Below, in pieces: positions 20,348 through 30,440 of a stretch of 64,000 nucleotides of DNA (its first letter is position 1; each line of letters opens with the position of its first letter). Under the pieces are notes generated by a model, which had not been told where the DNA came from, did not search any database, and saw nothing but the letters and a program-made list of their open reading frames with translations. The stretch is from Candidatus Heimdallarchaeota archaeon (GTDB taxonomy: Archaea; Asgardarchaeota; Heimdallarchaeia; Heimdallarchaeales; Kariarchaeaceae). The DNA lies in contig JASBSB010000007.1 of assembly GCA_030149205.1 (NCBI GenBank), positions 422,473 to 486,472 of the forward strand, read 5' to 3'. The position numbers and the translations under genes are program-made.

Positions 20348-21704
20348 TAATCAGACTCAGTCTTGCATCTTTTCTCATGTGCCAAATTCTTTCAAGATTA
20401 AAAACATTTAACAAAAGCAGGCGTACGTCTGGATTTTTGGGATACCTTTCCTTCAACCTCCTAATCGATTGCAATGTGGTCTCTCGTATCTTTTTGTCGG
20501 GATCTGTGATTAAGGTTTCTAATAAGTTAACAAGTTCTTTTGAAGGTTGTAAAACTCTTAGTGCTCTAACTGCCACATTTTTATAACTTGAATCTAAAAC
20601 TGCTGTAATTGTCTTAATCGATGGATTTGTTATAAGTCTAAATTCTGTAACCTCAAAATCAAAGTTTGTTAGTCTAGATGTATCCGTATTGTGAAGAACA
20701 AATTCTAGGACTGCTTGAGACAAAACACATCTATATCTCGCAGAAATTGACCCTACTATTAGTCCTTTGAAAAAAGACTCAGGTGGGTTATGAGTTAATA
20801 GCTCTCTTAGTTCCACAGTTTTACCAGCTTCAGCCAAAGTGGCAGTTATCCCAATTTGAACATCTCCATCTAAATCTTTGTAGGTATCATAAGATATTTC
20901 TCCCCACTGGCTTATATAACTATAATATAACAGTCTTTGTTGTGTGTTTTCCAATTTCTCCTTCACCCCTTGTTTTTGGAAAATCTCGAGTACCTGCTTG
21001 TTGACCTTAGGATTTTGTGAGGTTATAGCAGTGAAAAGCTGAAGTATTGTTAGAATGGTTACCCTGCGTTCAGTCTTTGATAGTAGTTTTGATCCTTCCT
21101 CAATCCAAAATTCATGGTCTTTTGAACTAAGCTGTTTAACCTGGTTGGTAACCGCTCTCAGAGTATCGTTAATGACTCTGATTTCAGTCCCCATTTCTCC
21201 ATCTCTTAACAAAGTTTTGCTGTAAAACTCCTTTAAAATAGAAACTGCCATTTTCGAATTTATCCTTCCGAGAGACTTAGCTACCCATCTCCTACTCATC
21301 TCATATTCATCATTTTGACATTTTGCAAGAATATCAATTCCAGCTTCAGCTCCGATTTGACCAACTGACCATATCGAGGTTCTTCTGAGTTCCTTATCCT
21401 TTGCAAAGACAGTCTCACCCAAGAATTTTAGACCCCTTATATCCCCCAGTTTCCCGATTGATTCTGCGCATTCATTTCTTAATGCAACTGGTTCTGTTGG
21501 GTCAGTTAGAACTCTTCCAAGGTGTGGCACTGCTACCCAATCCCCCATTTTTGCAAGTTTGTCTGGGATATATTTTCTCTTGTTGAAATCTGGCTCTGTG
21601 TAAAGTTCTTGTATCAGCTCATAAACACTGTACTCAGGTTTTAATGATGAAGGTTCCACCAAGTTTGTATTTTGATATCTCCTTGAAATACCCTCTGTTA
21701 ACAC
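20340..21704 (-). CDS. HEAT/PBS-lyase-repeat protein
   Basis: Repeated 'P..R..A..ALG.IGD...L..L' units (VPHLGRVLTDPTEPVALRNECAESIGKLGD...). 8-nt overlap with the GNAT gene suggests an operon. Confidence 0.6.
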   Translation of the reverse strand: MLTEGISRRYQNTNLVEPSSLKPEYSVYELIQELYTEPDFNKRKYIPDKLAKMGDWVAVPHLGRVLTDPTEPVALRNECAESIGKLGDIRGLKFLGETVFAKDKELRRTSIWSVGQIGAEAGIDILAKCQNDEYEMSRRWVAKSLGRINSKMAVSILKEFYSKTLLRDGEMGTEIRVINDTLRAVTNQVKQLSSKDHEFWIEEGSKLLSKTERRVTILTILQLFTAITSQNPKVNKQVLEIFQKQGVKEKLENTQQRLLYYSYISQWGEISYDTYKDLDGDVQIGITATLAEAGKTVELRELLTHNPPESFFKGLIVGSISARYRCVLSQAVLEFVLHNTDTSRLTNFDFEVTEFRLITNPSIKTITAVLDSSYKNVAVRALRVLQPSKELVNLLETLITDPDKKIRETTLQSIRRLKERYPKNPDVRLLLLNVFNLERIWHMRKDARLSLISD

Positions 21705-21762
21705 TCATTATTTATGAAAGGTCATATGATTATATTTTTATTTCTTGAGATGAATCTTCGAT

Positions 21763-22326
21763 GTGAACGAAGCAAACTTTGAGGAGGTTGAACTTTCAGA
21801 GACCCGTGATCCTTTAACCTCTTTAATTTTGGCCATATCTGCCTCGGTTCTTCTCTGGATACTTCTTCTTTCAATTCCCACGTTATCAAATGACTATCTT
21901 CTGGCAGTTCTTCTGATCTCCATTTTTTCGATATTGTTGTTTTACAAAATTTTAAGAATCCCCAGAGCCAAGGTCTTGTTTCGGAAGGGGTACCGGCTGG
22001 TTGGATACTCTTACAAAGACTCCAGTGGGAAGACCATCCCTCTAACAATGATCCCCTTCGATAAAGTGGAACGAATATTTGTGGTTCCACGGGAAAGGTT
22101 TACTAAGGAGGTAAAGGGAAAATCATTGGTTGAATTAGAGCTCTGGAAGACGGAGCTACATTTTCTGTTTAAGGTAAAAATTCCAAAGAAAAATGTGGAA
22201 AAAACAGAGGAAATTATAATTTCTGGAAAGGGATATGATTACGAGGAAAATCTGCTCACTTTATTAAATTGGGGCGTATTAAAACCCTCAGTCAATTCAG
22301 AAGAAATCTACACTTTCAGCAGATGA
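21763..22326 (+). CDS. Membrane protein (hypothetical); two N-terminal TM helices and a soluble C-terminus
   Basis: Hydrophobic segments LILAISASVLLWILLLSI and LLAVLLISIFSILLFY. Confidence 0.4.
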   Translation: MNEANFEEVELSETRDPLTSLILAISASVLLWILLLSIPTLSNDYLLAVLLISIFSILLFYKILRIPRAKVLFRKGYRLVGYSYKDSSGKTIPLTMIPFDKVERIFVVPRERFTKEVKGKSLVELELWKTELHFLFKVKIPKKNVEKTEEIIISGKGYDYEENLLTLLNWGVLKPSVNSEEIYTFSR

Positions 22327-22424
22327 TGAGTCAAAATTCTAAACCATCTCGAAAGTTGCAGGTTTTTGTGTCTTGTTAAGAACCCATAAATAGTATTGCT
22401 AATTATTTAACTTATTGATAAAAT

Positions 22425-23612
22425 ATGACCCAGCAAAAAAATACCAATACTAGCTGGGTACCAAGAAATTCTGCATTAATATTTGCTGATGAGGATGTTG
22501 ATGGTCTGATGTCAGCAGTGATTGTTGCAAAACAGTATGCAGAAAGCTATCAAATCAAGTTTGTGACCGCTCGGTCATTGACTGATGCTATGAAGAGATC
22601 CCTTCACAAGATCGAATCAAAGTATAGCCCTGATGAATGTGCTAACTTGGATGCTTATATCGTTGATGTAGGGATAAATCAAGGGTCAATTGATGAATTT
22701 GCATTTGTTGCTGAAAGGTTTATAGAGCTCGGTGTAAGAGTACTCTACTTTGATAGCCATTCCAACAAATTCAATGGAGAACCCTTGGTACACAAATTAG
22801 AAGAGATAGGTGTCCTGGTTCATACAGGACAAATTGGTACCGCTGCAGCCTCAATAATTCAAAATTACCTTGGAACACCAGATACTGTTCGATTGCGTAA
22901 GCTAGGTGCCTTATCAGACAGAGAAGCCAACTTCTCTGATATGAAAGACATGTATTATGAAAGAGATGGTCTTCGTCTACTTCAAGCAGCTGTTGCCTGG
23001 GGAGCATGGAAAGAAAGATCGTTCTTACACATGATCTCACGCCAGCTTGTAAATAACCCCGAGATCGATTTCACTTCACACTCAAAGATAAACAACCTTG
23101 CTAAAAAGGCAAACAAACACCGAGATAGACTTTTCAAGCATGTCTTAAAGCACTCAAAGGTCTTGGAGGTTTCACACAACCCCAGAATCTTGGCAGTCTT
23201 CTCTCTTGACCGAAGCGATTTTGGAAAAGCAAGAGGGACAATTGCAGGACATTTGGCAGGTGAATGGGGTGCAGTAATTATGTTAATCACTCCAGATGAG
23301 CTTCCTAATTATTACAGTATCAGTGTGAGAAATCATTACCGAATCAAAGTAGACCTTGAACGGTTAGGGCAGCTTGCTATGGCAGAGACAGCAGGTGGTT
23401 CTAAAGGAGCCTATAGGATAACTCTTGAGAAAGATAGGATCCTAGATTTTATAATTAAGGTTCAACAGTGGACTTATTACCTAAGGCCCCCATGGATACA
23501 ACAAAAAGTCAAACAAAAGAAACCAGAACTCTTAAAATCTCAATCAAGTCATTATTTTGAGGAACAAGCAACAGTTATCAAAAGCAAAGACAAAGAATCA
23601 GTGGCTGAATAA
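22425..23612 (+). CDS. DHH-superfamily phosphoesterase-like protein (RecJ/GAN-like), with non-canonical motifs
   Basis: 'ALIFADEDVDGLMSAVIV' fits DHH motif I/II (D.D...DG..S). 'VLYFDSHSN' sits in the DHH motif III position with DHH->DSH. Confidence 0.5.
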   Translation: MTQQKNTNTSWVPRNSALIFADEDVDGLMSAVIVAKQYAESYQIKFVTARSLTDAMKRSLHKIESKYSPDECANLDAYIVDVGINQGSIDEFAFVAERFIELGVRVLYFDSHSNKFNGEPLVHKLEEIGVLVHTGQIGTAAASIIQNYLGTPDTVRLRKLGALSDREANFSDMKDMYYERDGLRLLQAAVAWGAWKERSFLHMISRQLVNNPEIDFTSHSKINNLAKKANKHRDRLFKHVLKHSKVLEVSHNPRILAVFSLDRSDFGKARGTIAGHLAGEWGAVIMLITPDELPNYYSISVRNHYRIKVDLERLGQLAMAETAGGSKGAYRITLEKDRILDFIIKVQQWTYYLRPPWIQQKVKQKKPELLKSQSSHYFEEQATVIKSKDKESVAE

Positions 23613-23813
23613 CTAGTTGAACTAGTTTTTCAAATTAAATTTACCAACAAACTTCTAAATTCACAACTTATTTGATCAAATGCATCATAAAGGTTAAAAT
23701 TATTGTAATTTTCCCGATTTTTTTTTAAGCTAATTCGGAATATGTGAAAAAGACTTTTAAATGAACCATGTTCATAATAATTTATTGAACATCGTTCAAA
23801 ATGGTGCCTAGTT

Positions 23814-26800
23814 ATGAAAGATAACACCCCAACTAAAGTAATTTTTATTTCTCTGCTGTTCATGGCATTGCTAACAACAAATGTGTTTGCAAATGCCAGT
23901 CTCAGTACGAATATTACAGATCAAGTTAAGGTGTCTATGCAACAGGGAATGCATTACTACACCTACGACTCAAATAAAGTGGTCATATTTTATGACTATA
24001 AGGAGTCGTTGGCTGTTAGCACAGCAAAATCCTTGACTAGCTCTTTGAATCTCTTTACGCCGAATGCGATAGGAATTCCAATTGGTAGTCTTGATGTAAT
24101 AGAACCTATTCTGATGAAAAACAACTACAAAGCCGCAATTTTAGTTTTTCCCTCTTCCCCTTCGGGGATGAAAATTACCTCCCTTAGTGGATCGGTAAGT
24201 GAATACAGCTGGAAGACGGTCGCAAAATTCATAGAAAATAAAAGAGATCAGTTCAAAGGAACCAACTTTATTTTTGCTATGGGTAACACAATGCAGCTTG
24301 TCTCTCATATCTCAAATGTAGAGCGAATCTATGCTTCAAACGAGGAAGCTGTAGAGTCAGAACATATCTATGTTTACACGTTGTGGACTTTGGCAGATAT
24401 CTTTGAATCCGATGATGATGCACAATACAGGGCATTAGGTAAGGATCTAAGAAAAGCTACCCTCAAATATTTTGCTAACAATTTCAACAGGATTGCAGCC
24501 AGTAGCATATCTCCTCAGAATCCAATGGGGAAGGAATCAGATGCAACTGTTGAGGCTCGTAAAAAGAAGTTTTTTGATGACCATCAACCGGTGGTAGTAA
24601 AACAGGCTAGACCAGGATATATAATTGACCCCAAAACAAATCGAGAGGTGGATCCCGCAACAGGAAAACCCACCACTGATTATGGGATCGATATCTTTCC
24701 ACAAAACACTAGCACAGTAACAGATTTTATTTTGCAGCTCTTGCCGATTGGCAGTGGCTTAAGGGGGCCAGTAGGGGGAATAGTTGACAATCTTCTCTCT
24801 TATCTTTTCAATGAAATTGGAGGGGCCATCGGGCTTTCTAATGACACAGTCACACAGATATTCGATGTGATTACTCAGATCCCAGATCTTATTGCATCAT
24901 TCTCAAACCCCTCTGCAAGTGCCATAAAGGCATTGGTGGAAAAACTAAAACCTATGCTTCCAATTGGTGAAGAATTTTATCCATACATAAATCTCTTTAT
25001 CGATGGTCTCTTTCTCTTAAGAGGGAGCAAGGATGATATTGTTAATTTTATTCAACAGGCAGTCAGTCTATTAATCCCTGATTCGCTCTCAATTGGTTCA
25101 ATTAGTGTCAAGGCTCTTCTAAGCCAACTTACGACATTAGGAGCATCAGTTTTTGATAAAATCCAACAGGGAGGAAATGTATTAGATATCATATTTAGTG
25201 TTCTAAACGAACAGATTGTGGCTAATCTAACTGCTACAGTGATGGGAAATGGGACCGTATTTGGGTTATCTGCCCCAGAACTCACTAAGTTTATAAACAA
25301 GACAACAACAACAATTAATTTTGTTATCCAATACTTGTCATCAAAAAGTCTAAAAGACCTTGCATTTGAATATGGTGACAAATTGTTACGTTTTGCCTTC
25401 TCAGAATTTGGGTTGAGTGAAAACACCTCTGAAACCATTATTCTATCGTTAACCACCGTTTTAACTGCGATGGGTGTGATTAATGATCCAGATGTAAATC
25501 TTGAGAATCAAATAACTGAGATTCTTAAGCGTGTAACAAATTTGAATATTGACCTAATTAAAGAAAAGGCTAAGGATATACTTAAAGTAATCAGTGATGC
25601 GTCTGAGGGTAAATTTACCTCAATTTCAAATTTAAACACCAATCTTCAGCCTATTCTTGATACATTAGGTATTTCTACCAATATCAAAAACAGTCTTCGC
25701 GATTTGATTGAAATAATTGCTACTATCTCCAGCTCAAATCTCTCGTTTAGCTCTGTGAAGAAAGTTTCTTTAATGATCGCAGATTTTGCAACAAGCTTGG
25801 GATTAAACTCCCAATACAAAACCTTTGTAGGGCAGTTATTTGAGTCATTAACCAGGATCATTAACTTTGTCAAAAACCCACCAAAGCTTTCAGACCTCCT
25901 TAATCTCAATTTTGGAGGAGTCATTGACATTTATCATGAAATTAAAAACCTGTTTGATCTGGTTGTAAACTTTGTTAAAGGTGTTTTGCCGCCTGCTCCA
26001 ACCACTACCAATTCTGTATCACCTCAGGCAACCGGTCTGAGTAATTTAGCAAACAATCTCTTTGCAAACGCTTCAGAAATAATTGGTGTTGTATTTCAAG
26101 TTGTAAACTCTGTTCAGGGCAATTCTATGGAAGGCGTTATGCTCGCCCTTCTTCAAAGTTCAACTCAAATCTTGGGGAGCTTCCTCCCAGTTGATAATAT
26201 TCAACCAATTGTTGAGGTAACAAAGTATCTCTTCAGCACAATTGCTGGATTGAACACCACCATCTCAGTTGACCAGTTGATCAGTCAGATTCTTCCCCTA
26301 TTTCCATCTAGCTTACAATCAGGGGTCAAAACAGTCCTTGATATTATCTTTAGTATTAAGGATGTATTCACTAATGGACTTCAGACGTTAATAAACAGGT
26401 TATTGGAATGGATTTCTGGGAAGATATTTGGGCTAATTGATCAGCTACTTGGAGCGCTGAACCCCTCAGTTGATTCTTCAGGCATATCGATAAATTTTGA
26501 TGTGCCAATAGGGATCGGCAGTTTCTCACTGTTTACCATGAAGTTTCGGCTAGGTTTATCCTTTGGCTTTGAATTTGATAACGACGCCTTTGCCACCTTT
26601 ATTTCCGATATCATCTTTCGAGGGGCAAAGGTATTACAAGGGTTAGATGTTGGAGGTGTCTTCAAAAAACTTTTCAGCTTTATGTCTATCACACCAATCT
26701 TTGAAGCTGGATTTGAGTTAAGCACCTTTGGTTCTGGATCTCAAAGCTTCCTGAACTACATGCTAGCAGCACTTGGAGTTGAGCTTAACTTTTCTGGGGA

Positions 26801-29800
26801 AGGCTGGTTTAAACTCTTGCTTTTCAGCTTTAAAAATGGAGTATTCTCTCTGGATAACTTCTTTAAGGTGATTGAATGGGGCTTTAAGTTCACAATTGGA
26901 ATAAGCCGCACATTTACATTACTTGATTTTCTAACTGGTGGGGCCGGAGGAAGCCTAAATTCAATTGGACAATATATAGGTCTTGATGCAATTTCAATAA
27001 CGATTGCCTTTATTTTGACCCTCTCTATTGTGAAACGAGCAGCGACGGCGAACAAACCTGAGACTGGATCCATGACAATAACAATTGGAATAAACTTTAC
27101 AGTTTCACTAGGAATAGATATAACCATCGCGAGACTTCTCCTAAAGGGAACGTTAGAGGTGACCCTGACCCTACTACAGGATCTGGTGGCTCCGACACCG
27201 CTTCAGGTGTACATTGCGATTCAACTCGTGATTACTGTCACAATAGGTTTCCTGTTCTTCAACTGGAACTTTGATTTCAAATGGTCACCAGATGGTTTTG
27301 CACCGCCCTTGGGTAAGAATATCTCAGGAAACTCACCACAAGATGCTGTTAAGAAAGGGGCACTTGGTGGTGACACAGACAATGATGGTCTCTCAGATCA
27401 GTATGAAAACAGTACCTCTGGTCTTAAATTTAACAGCCCTGACAGTGATGGGGATGGATTAACAGATAAATTTGAGACACAGACATTAAAAACAGACCCA
27501 TCTAAAAAGGATACAGATGGTGATGGTTTGGATGACAATGTTGAATATTCACTCAAGACCAATCCATTAAAGGCTGATAGTGACTATGACCAGGTGTCTG
27601 ACTATAAAGAAACCACAATTTATGGAACTAACCCATTGTCTGCTGATACAGACCAAGATGGTTTGGATGATTACTATGAGATTAATCATGCTTGGAATAT
27701 AACTGGTGTTACTACCTCAGTTTCACAGATAAAAATTGGTGGAAAGTTCTATGATGATCATACAGATCCACTCAACCCAGATACGGATGGAGATGGGTTG
27801 CTTGACGGTCAAGAAGGTGAAAGAGGTGTCTATTACGGACCTCAGCTCACTGGAACAGCCAAAGATTATGGATACACCCCAGACCCACCATTGATTTTTA
27901 ATGGTGGATACACTCATCCACTGGATAATGACACAGATGATGATTCATATTGGCAGCTTTATGATGGCTCTATAGCCCCTGTTAGTTCTCCCTATATAAT
28001 GAACCTAAATGATTATGTGGAGACCCATGGGCTTGAGGTTGTACTTATAGATCCTCTTACTGGTGAACCTGAGGCTCCTAGATTAATAAGGACCAATCCA
28101 GTTAATCCAGATTCCGATGGTGACACAGGTGTAACAGCCTCACAAAGGAAAGTTCCTCCACCAGGGTTCTTCTTAAACTCTGATGGATATGAACTCGGTA
28201 TTGCACACACAGATCCACTAAATGGAGACACAGATCAGGACGGATTAATTGATGGTTTAGAAGGTATTCTTAGACCAGATTCTAACCACACAGATCCATT
28301 AAATCCTGACACAGATGGAGATGGGCTGGGTGACATGCAGGAAACACTCCTGGGGTTAAACCCAAGAGGTATAGATACAGATCATGATGGGGTAACAGAC
28401 AGTGATGAGTTCTTCAAATATGGAACAAACCCCTTCCTTAATGATACAGACTTTGATGGATTGGAAGACGGAGAAGAACTCTTCTTATATCACTCAAATC
28501 CCTTCATGTCTGACAGTGATGCCGATGGTCTCTCTGATTATGCAGAAGTCTGGAAATATTTCTCATCTCCTTCAGACGAGGACTCAGATAATGATGGACT
28601 CACAGATTATGAGGAAGTGATGATACATTATACAGACCCCTTTGTAGCAGACACCGATGGTGATGGACTTCTCGATGGTGATGAGGTTTTAGGGCTTCCA
28701 TTTACAGATTCATTGAACCGAACACACCTTGTCTTTACAGACCCAACTAAATGGGATACAGATGGTGATTCTTTGACAACCTTGGATCAGTATGGCAAAA
28801 TGAGTATGCCAATGTCCGATGGACAAGAATTTGCAATGGGTACAGACCCATCAAGACGAGATACTGATCTGGATGGAATTGAAGACGGATGGGAACTTTG
28901 GTTAGGAAAAGGTATAATCCCTGGAATGGATCCAATTAAGCTTGATCCACTAAATAATGATACAGATGGTGATGACCTCCTTGATGGGCAAGAAGTTGCT
29001 ATAATGAATATGAGTACACTTCTTAACCCCTACATAGGATTTACACTTGTCCGACCGTACAACACCTCAGCCACAAACCCAGATACAGACGGTGATCAAA
29101 TCCCTGATCATGTGGAACTGTTAAATGGAACCCGTCCAGATAATCCCGACAGTGACAACGATACATTGACAGATTATGAGGAAATTAATGTCTACAAGAC
29201 GGATCCAACACGAAATGACACAGATGGAGATGGACTGCTGGATCAAGAAGAGGTATTTGGATATCAGTTCCCCTCAAACACCAGTTCAGCTATCACCCTC
29301 CATGCATTGATAAGAACCGACGCTAACAATCCAGACAGTGACTTTGATCTGTTACCTGATGGGGCAGAGGTACATTTCTATAACACAGACCCAAGAAATG
29401 GGGATGTCAATGGAAATGGTATTGTTGATGGTATGGAAATTGATACAGACGGTGACGGACTCTATGATGGAGAAGAATTTATGGTCTACAAGACTGTTCA
29501 ATCACCTGATGGAGGTGGTGTACTTAACCCAGACTCAGATCATGATGGTCTCTTTGATGGGTTTGAAGTGTACCAAACCCTGACTAATGCATCTCGCTGG
29601 GACTCAGATAACGATACATATTCCGATGGACTTGAATTCTATTGTAACACAAACCCATTAGATAATTCAACAACACAATCAGAGATCAATGCCTGCTTTA
29701 CTGGGTTGGATAAGGTTGTAATTCTCTCACCAGCTCCAACAAAATATAGAACAAATAGTATACCTGTCATTGTATTTGATGCAACCAAGAATATGACAGC

Positions 29801-30440
29801 TATGTCTTACCAGTTCAGAGCTCATAATGGCACATGGAGTGGATCAGTTCCTATGACCCCCTCTGTTGGTAAACCTGGACAATGGGAAGGAGCTGCATTA
29901 GGCATCCCACTCAAAAATGGAACTTATGAAGTTAAAGTTACAATACAAAGACCTGATGGGACAACCTTTGAAAGGAAAAGACTTTTCTCCTTGTTACTTG
30001 GACCCACTTTAATTCAGGTACAAACCCCTGAGTCAAGGAGGTATGACTTCAACGAGTTTACCACTCCTTCTCTTCCAATAAAGGTAAAGGCTGGGTTGGA
30101 TTTCAATTCCACCTGGTATCGTATGAGAATGGAGAATGGGACAATTATGAAGGATAACACCACCCTTCAGTATGACTCAGGTCTTAGTGCCTACTATCAG
30201 GACAAATTCGAATTTCCAAAGTTACGTGGGACACACAATTACACCATTGAGGTTTTCGGGATGAAGACCAATGGACAGGTGTATGTCTCAGTGGTGAACT
30301 TTCAAATCAAAACCCCCACCATCATTGAAAATGTGGCTATTGTGGGTACAGGTGTTGCAGCAACCATAGGTGTAGGTGGTGGAACCATAATAGGTGTGAG
30401 AAAGGGCATCTTCAAGAATCCTTTCAAAAAGAGGAGTTAA
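23814..30440 (+). CDS. Giant (2208 aa) secreted surface protein: signal peptide, ~1100-aa novel Leu/Ile-rich helical N-domain, ~26 thrombospondin type-3 Ca2+-binding repeats, beta-sandwich domains, C-terminal TM anchor
   Basis: Signal peptide MKDNTPTKVIFISLLFMALLTTNVFANA. Tandem D.D.DG..D..E units (NPDTDGDGLLDGQE, SDSDADGLSDYAE, NDTDGDGLLDQEE, ...) from roughly aa 1150 to 1850. C-terminal Gly-rich TM 'VAIVGTGVAATIGVGGGTIIGV' plus basic tail KKRS. Confidence 0.8.
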   Translation: MKDNTPTKVIFISLLFMALLTTNVFANASLSTNITDQVKVSMQQGMHYYTYDSNKVVIFYDYKESLAVSTAKSLTSSLNLFTPNAIGIPIGSLDVIEPILMKNNYKAAILVFPSSPSGMKITSLSGSVSEYSWKTVAKFIENKRDQFKGTNFIFAMGNTMQLVSHISNVERIYASNEEAVESEHIYVYTLWTLADIFESDDDAQYRALGKDLRKATLKYFANNFNRIAASSISPQNPMGKESDATVEARKKKFFDDHQPVVVKQARPGYIIDPKTNREVDPATGKPTTDYGIDIFPQNTSTVTDFILQLLPIGSGLRGPVGGIVDNLLSYLFNEIGGAIGLSNDTVTQIFDVITQIPDLIASFSNPSASAIKALVEKLKPMLPIGEEFYPYINLFIDGLFLLRGSKDDIVNFIQQAVSLLIPDSLSIGSISVKALLSQLTTLGASVFDKIQQGGNVLDIIFSVLNEQIVANLTATVMGNGTVFGLSAPELTKFINKTTTTINFVIQYLSSKSLKDLAFEYGDKLLRFAFSEFGLSENTSETIILSLTTVLTAMGVINDPDVNLENQITEILKRVTNLNIDLIKEKAKDILKVISDASEGKFTSISNLNTNLQPILDTLGISTNIKNSLRDLIEIIATISSSNLSFSSVKKVSLMIADFATSLGLNSQYKTFVGQLFESLTRIINFVKNPPKLSDLLNLNFGGVIDIYHEIKNLFDLVVNFVKGVLPPAPTTTNSVSPQATGLSNLANNLFANASEIIGVVFQVVNSVQGNSMEGVMLALLQSSTQILGSFLPVDNIQPIVEVTKYLFSTIAGLNTTISVDQLISQILPLFPSSLQSGVKTVLDIIFSIKDVFTNGLQTLINRLLEWISGKIFGLIDQLLGALNPSVDSSGISINFDVPIGIGSFSLFTMKFRLGLSFGFEFDNDAFATFISDIIFRGAKVLQGLDVGGVFKKLFSFMSITPIFEAGFELSTFGSGSQSFLNYMLAALGVELNFSGEGWFKLLLFSFKNGVFSLDNFFKVIEWGFKFTIGISRTFTLLDFLTGGAGGSLNSIGQYIGLDAISITIAFILTLSIVKRAATANKPETGSMTITIGINFTVSLGIDITIARLLLKGTLEVTLTLLQDLVAPTPLQVYIAIQLVITVTIGFLFFNWNFDFKWSPDGFAPPLGKNISGNSPQDAVKKGALGGDTDNDGLSDQYENSTSGLKFNSPDSDGDGLTDKFETQTLKTDPSKKDTDGDGLDDNVEYSLKTNPLKADSDYDQVSDYKETTIYGTNPLSADTDQDGLDDYYEINHAWNITGVTTSVSQIKIGGKFYDDHTDPLNPDTDGDGLLDGQEGERGVYYGPQLTGTAKDYGYTPDPPLIFNGGYTHPLDNDTDDDSYWQLYDGSIAPVSSPYIMNLNDYVETHGLEVVLIDPLTGEPEAPRLIRTNPVNPDSDGDTGVTASQRKVPPPGFFLNSDGYELGIAHTDPLNGDTDQDGLIDGLEGILRPDSNHTDPLNPDTDGDGLGDMQETLLGLNPRGIDTDHDGVTDSDEFFKYGTNPFLNDTDFDGLEDGEELFLYHSNPFMSDSDADGLSDYAEVWKYFSSPSDEDSDNDGLTDYEEVMIHYTDPFVADTDGDGLLDGDEVLGLPFTDSLNRTHLVFTDPTKWDTDGDSLTTLDQYGKMSMPMSDGQEFAMGTDPSRRDTDLDGIEDGWELWLGKGIIPGMDPIKLDPLNNDTDGDDLLDGQEVAIMNMSTLLNPYIGFTLVRPYNTSATNPDTDGDQIPDHVELLNGTRPDNPDSDNDTLTDYEEINVYKTDPTRNDTDGDGLLDQEEVFGYQFPSNTSSAITLHALIRTDANNPDSDFDLLPDGAEVHFYNTDPRNGDVNGNGIVDGMEIDTDGDGLYDGEEFMVYKTVQSPDGGGVLNPDSDHDGLFDGFEVYQTLTNASRWDSDNDTYSDGLEFYCNTNPLDNSTTQSEINACFTGLDKVVILSPAPTKYRTNSIPVIVFDATKNMTAMSYQFRAHNGTWSGSVPMTPSVGKPGQWEGAALGIPLKNGTYEVKVTIQRPDGTTFERKRLFSLLLGPTLIQVQTPESRRYDFNEFTTPSLPIKVKAGLDFNSTWYRMRMENGTIMKDNTTLQYDSGLSAYYQDKFEFPKLRGTHNYTIEVFGMKTNGQVYVSVVNFQIKTPTIIENVAIVGTGVAATIGVGGGTIIGVRKGIFKNPFKKRS

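Noticed and set aside
23630-23863. 77-aa minus-strand ORF overlapping the start and leader of the 2208-aa gene
   Set aside because: It overlaps the signal-peptide-coding start and AT-rich promoter region of a strongly supported gene. Its translation is low complexity (N/I/F-rich).
27300-29700. Strong DNA-level periodicity (repeated gatacagatggtgatgg-like words) that could be mistaken for a repeat array or CRISPR
   Set aside because: The repeats are in frame inside a long ORF and encode thrombospondin type-3 D.D.DG motifs. The units are variable in length and sequence, with no direct-repeat/spacer structure.
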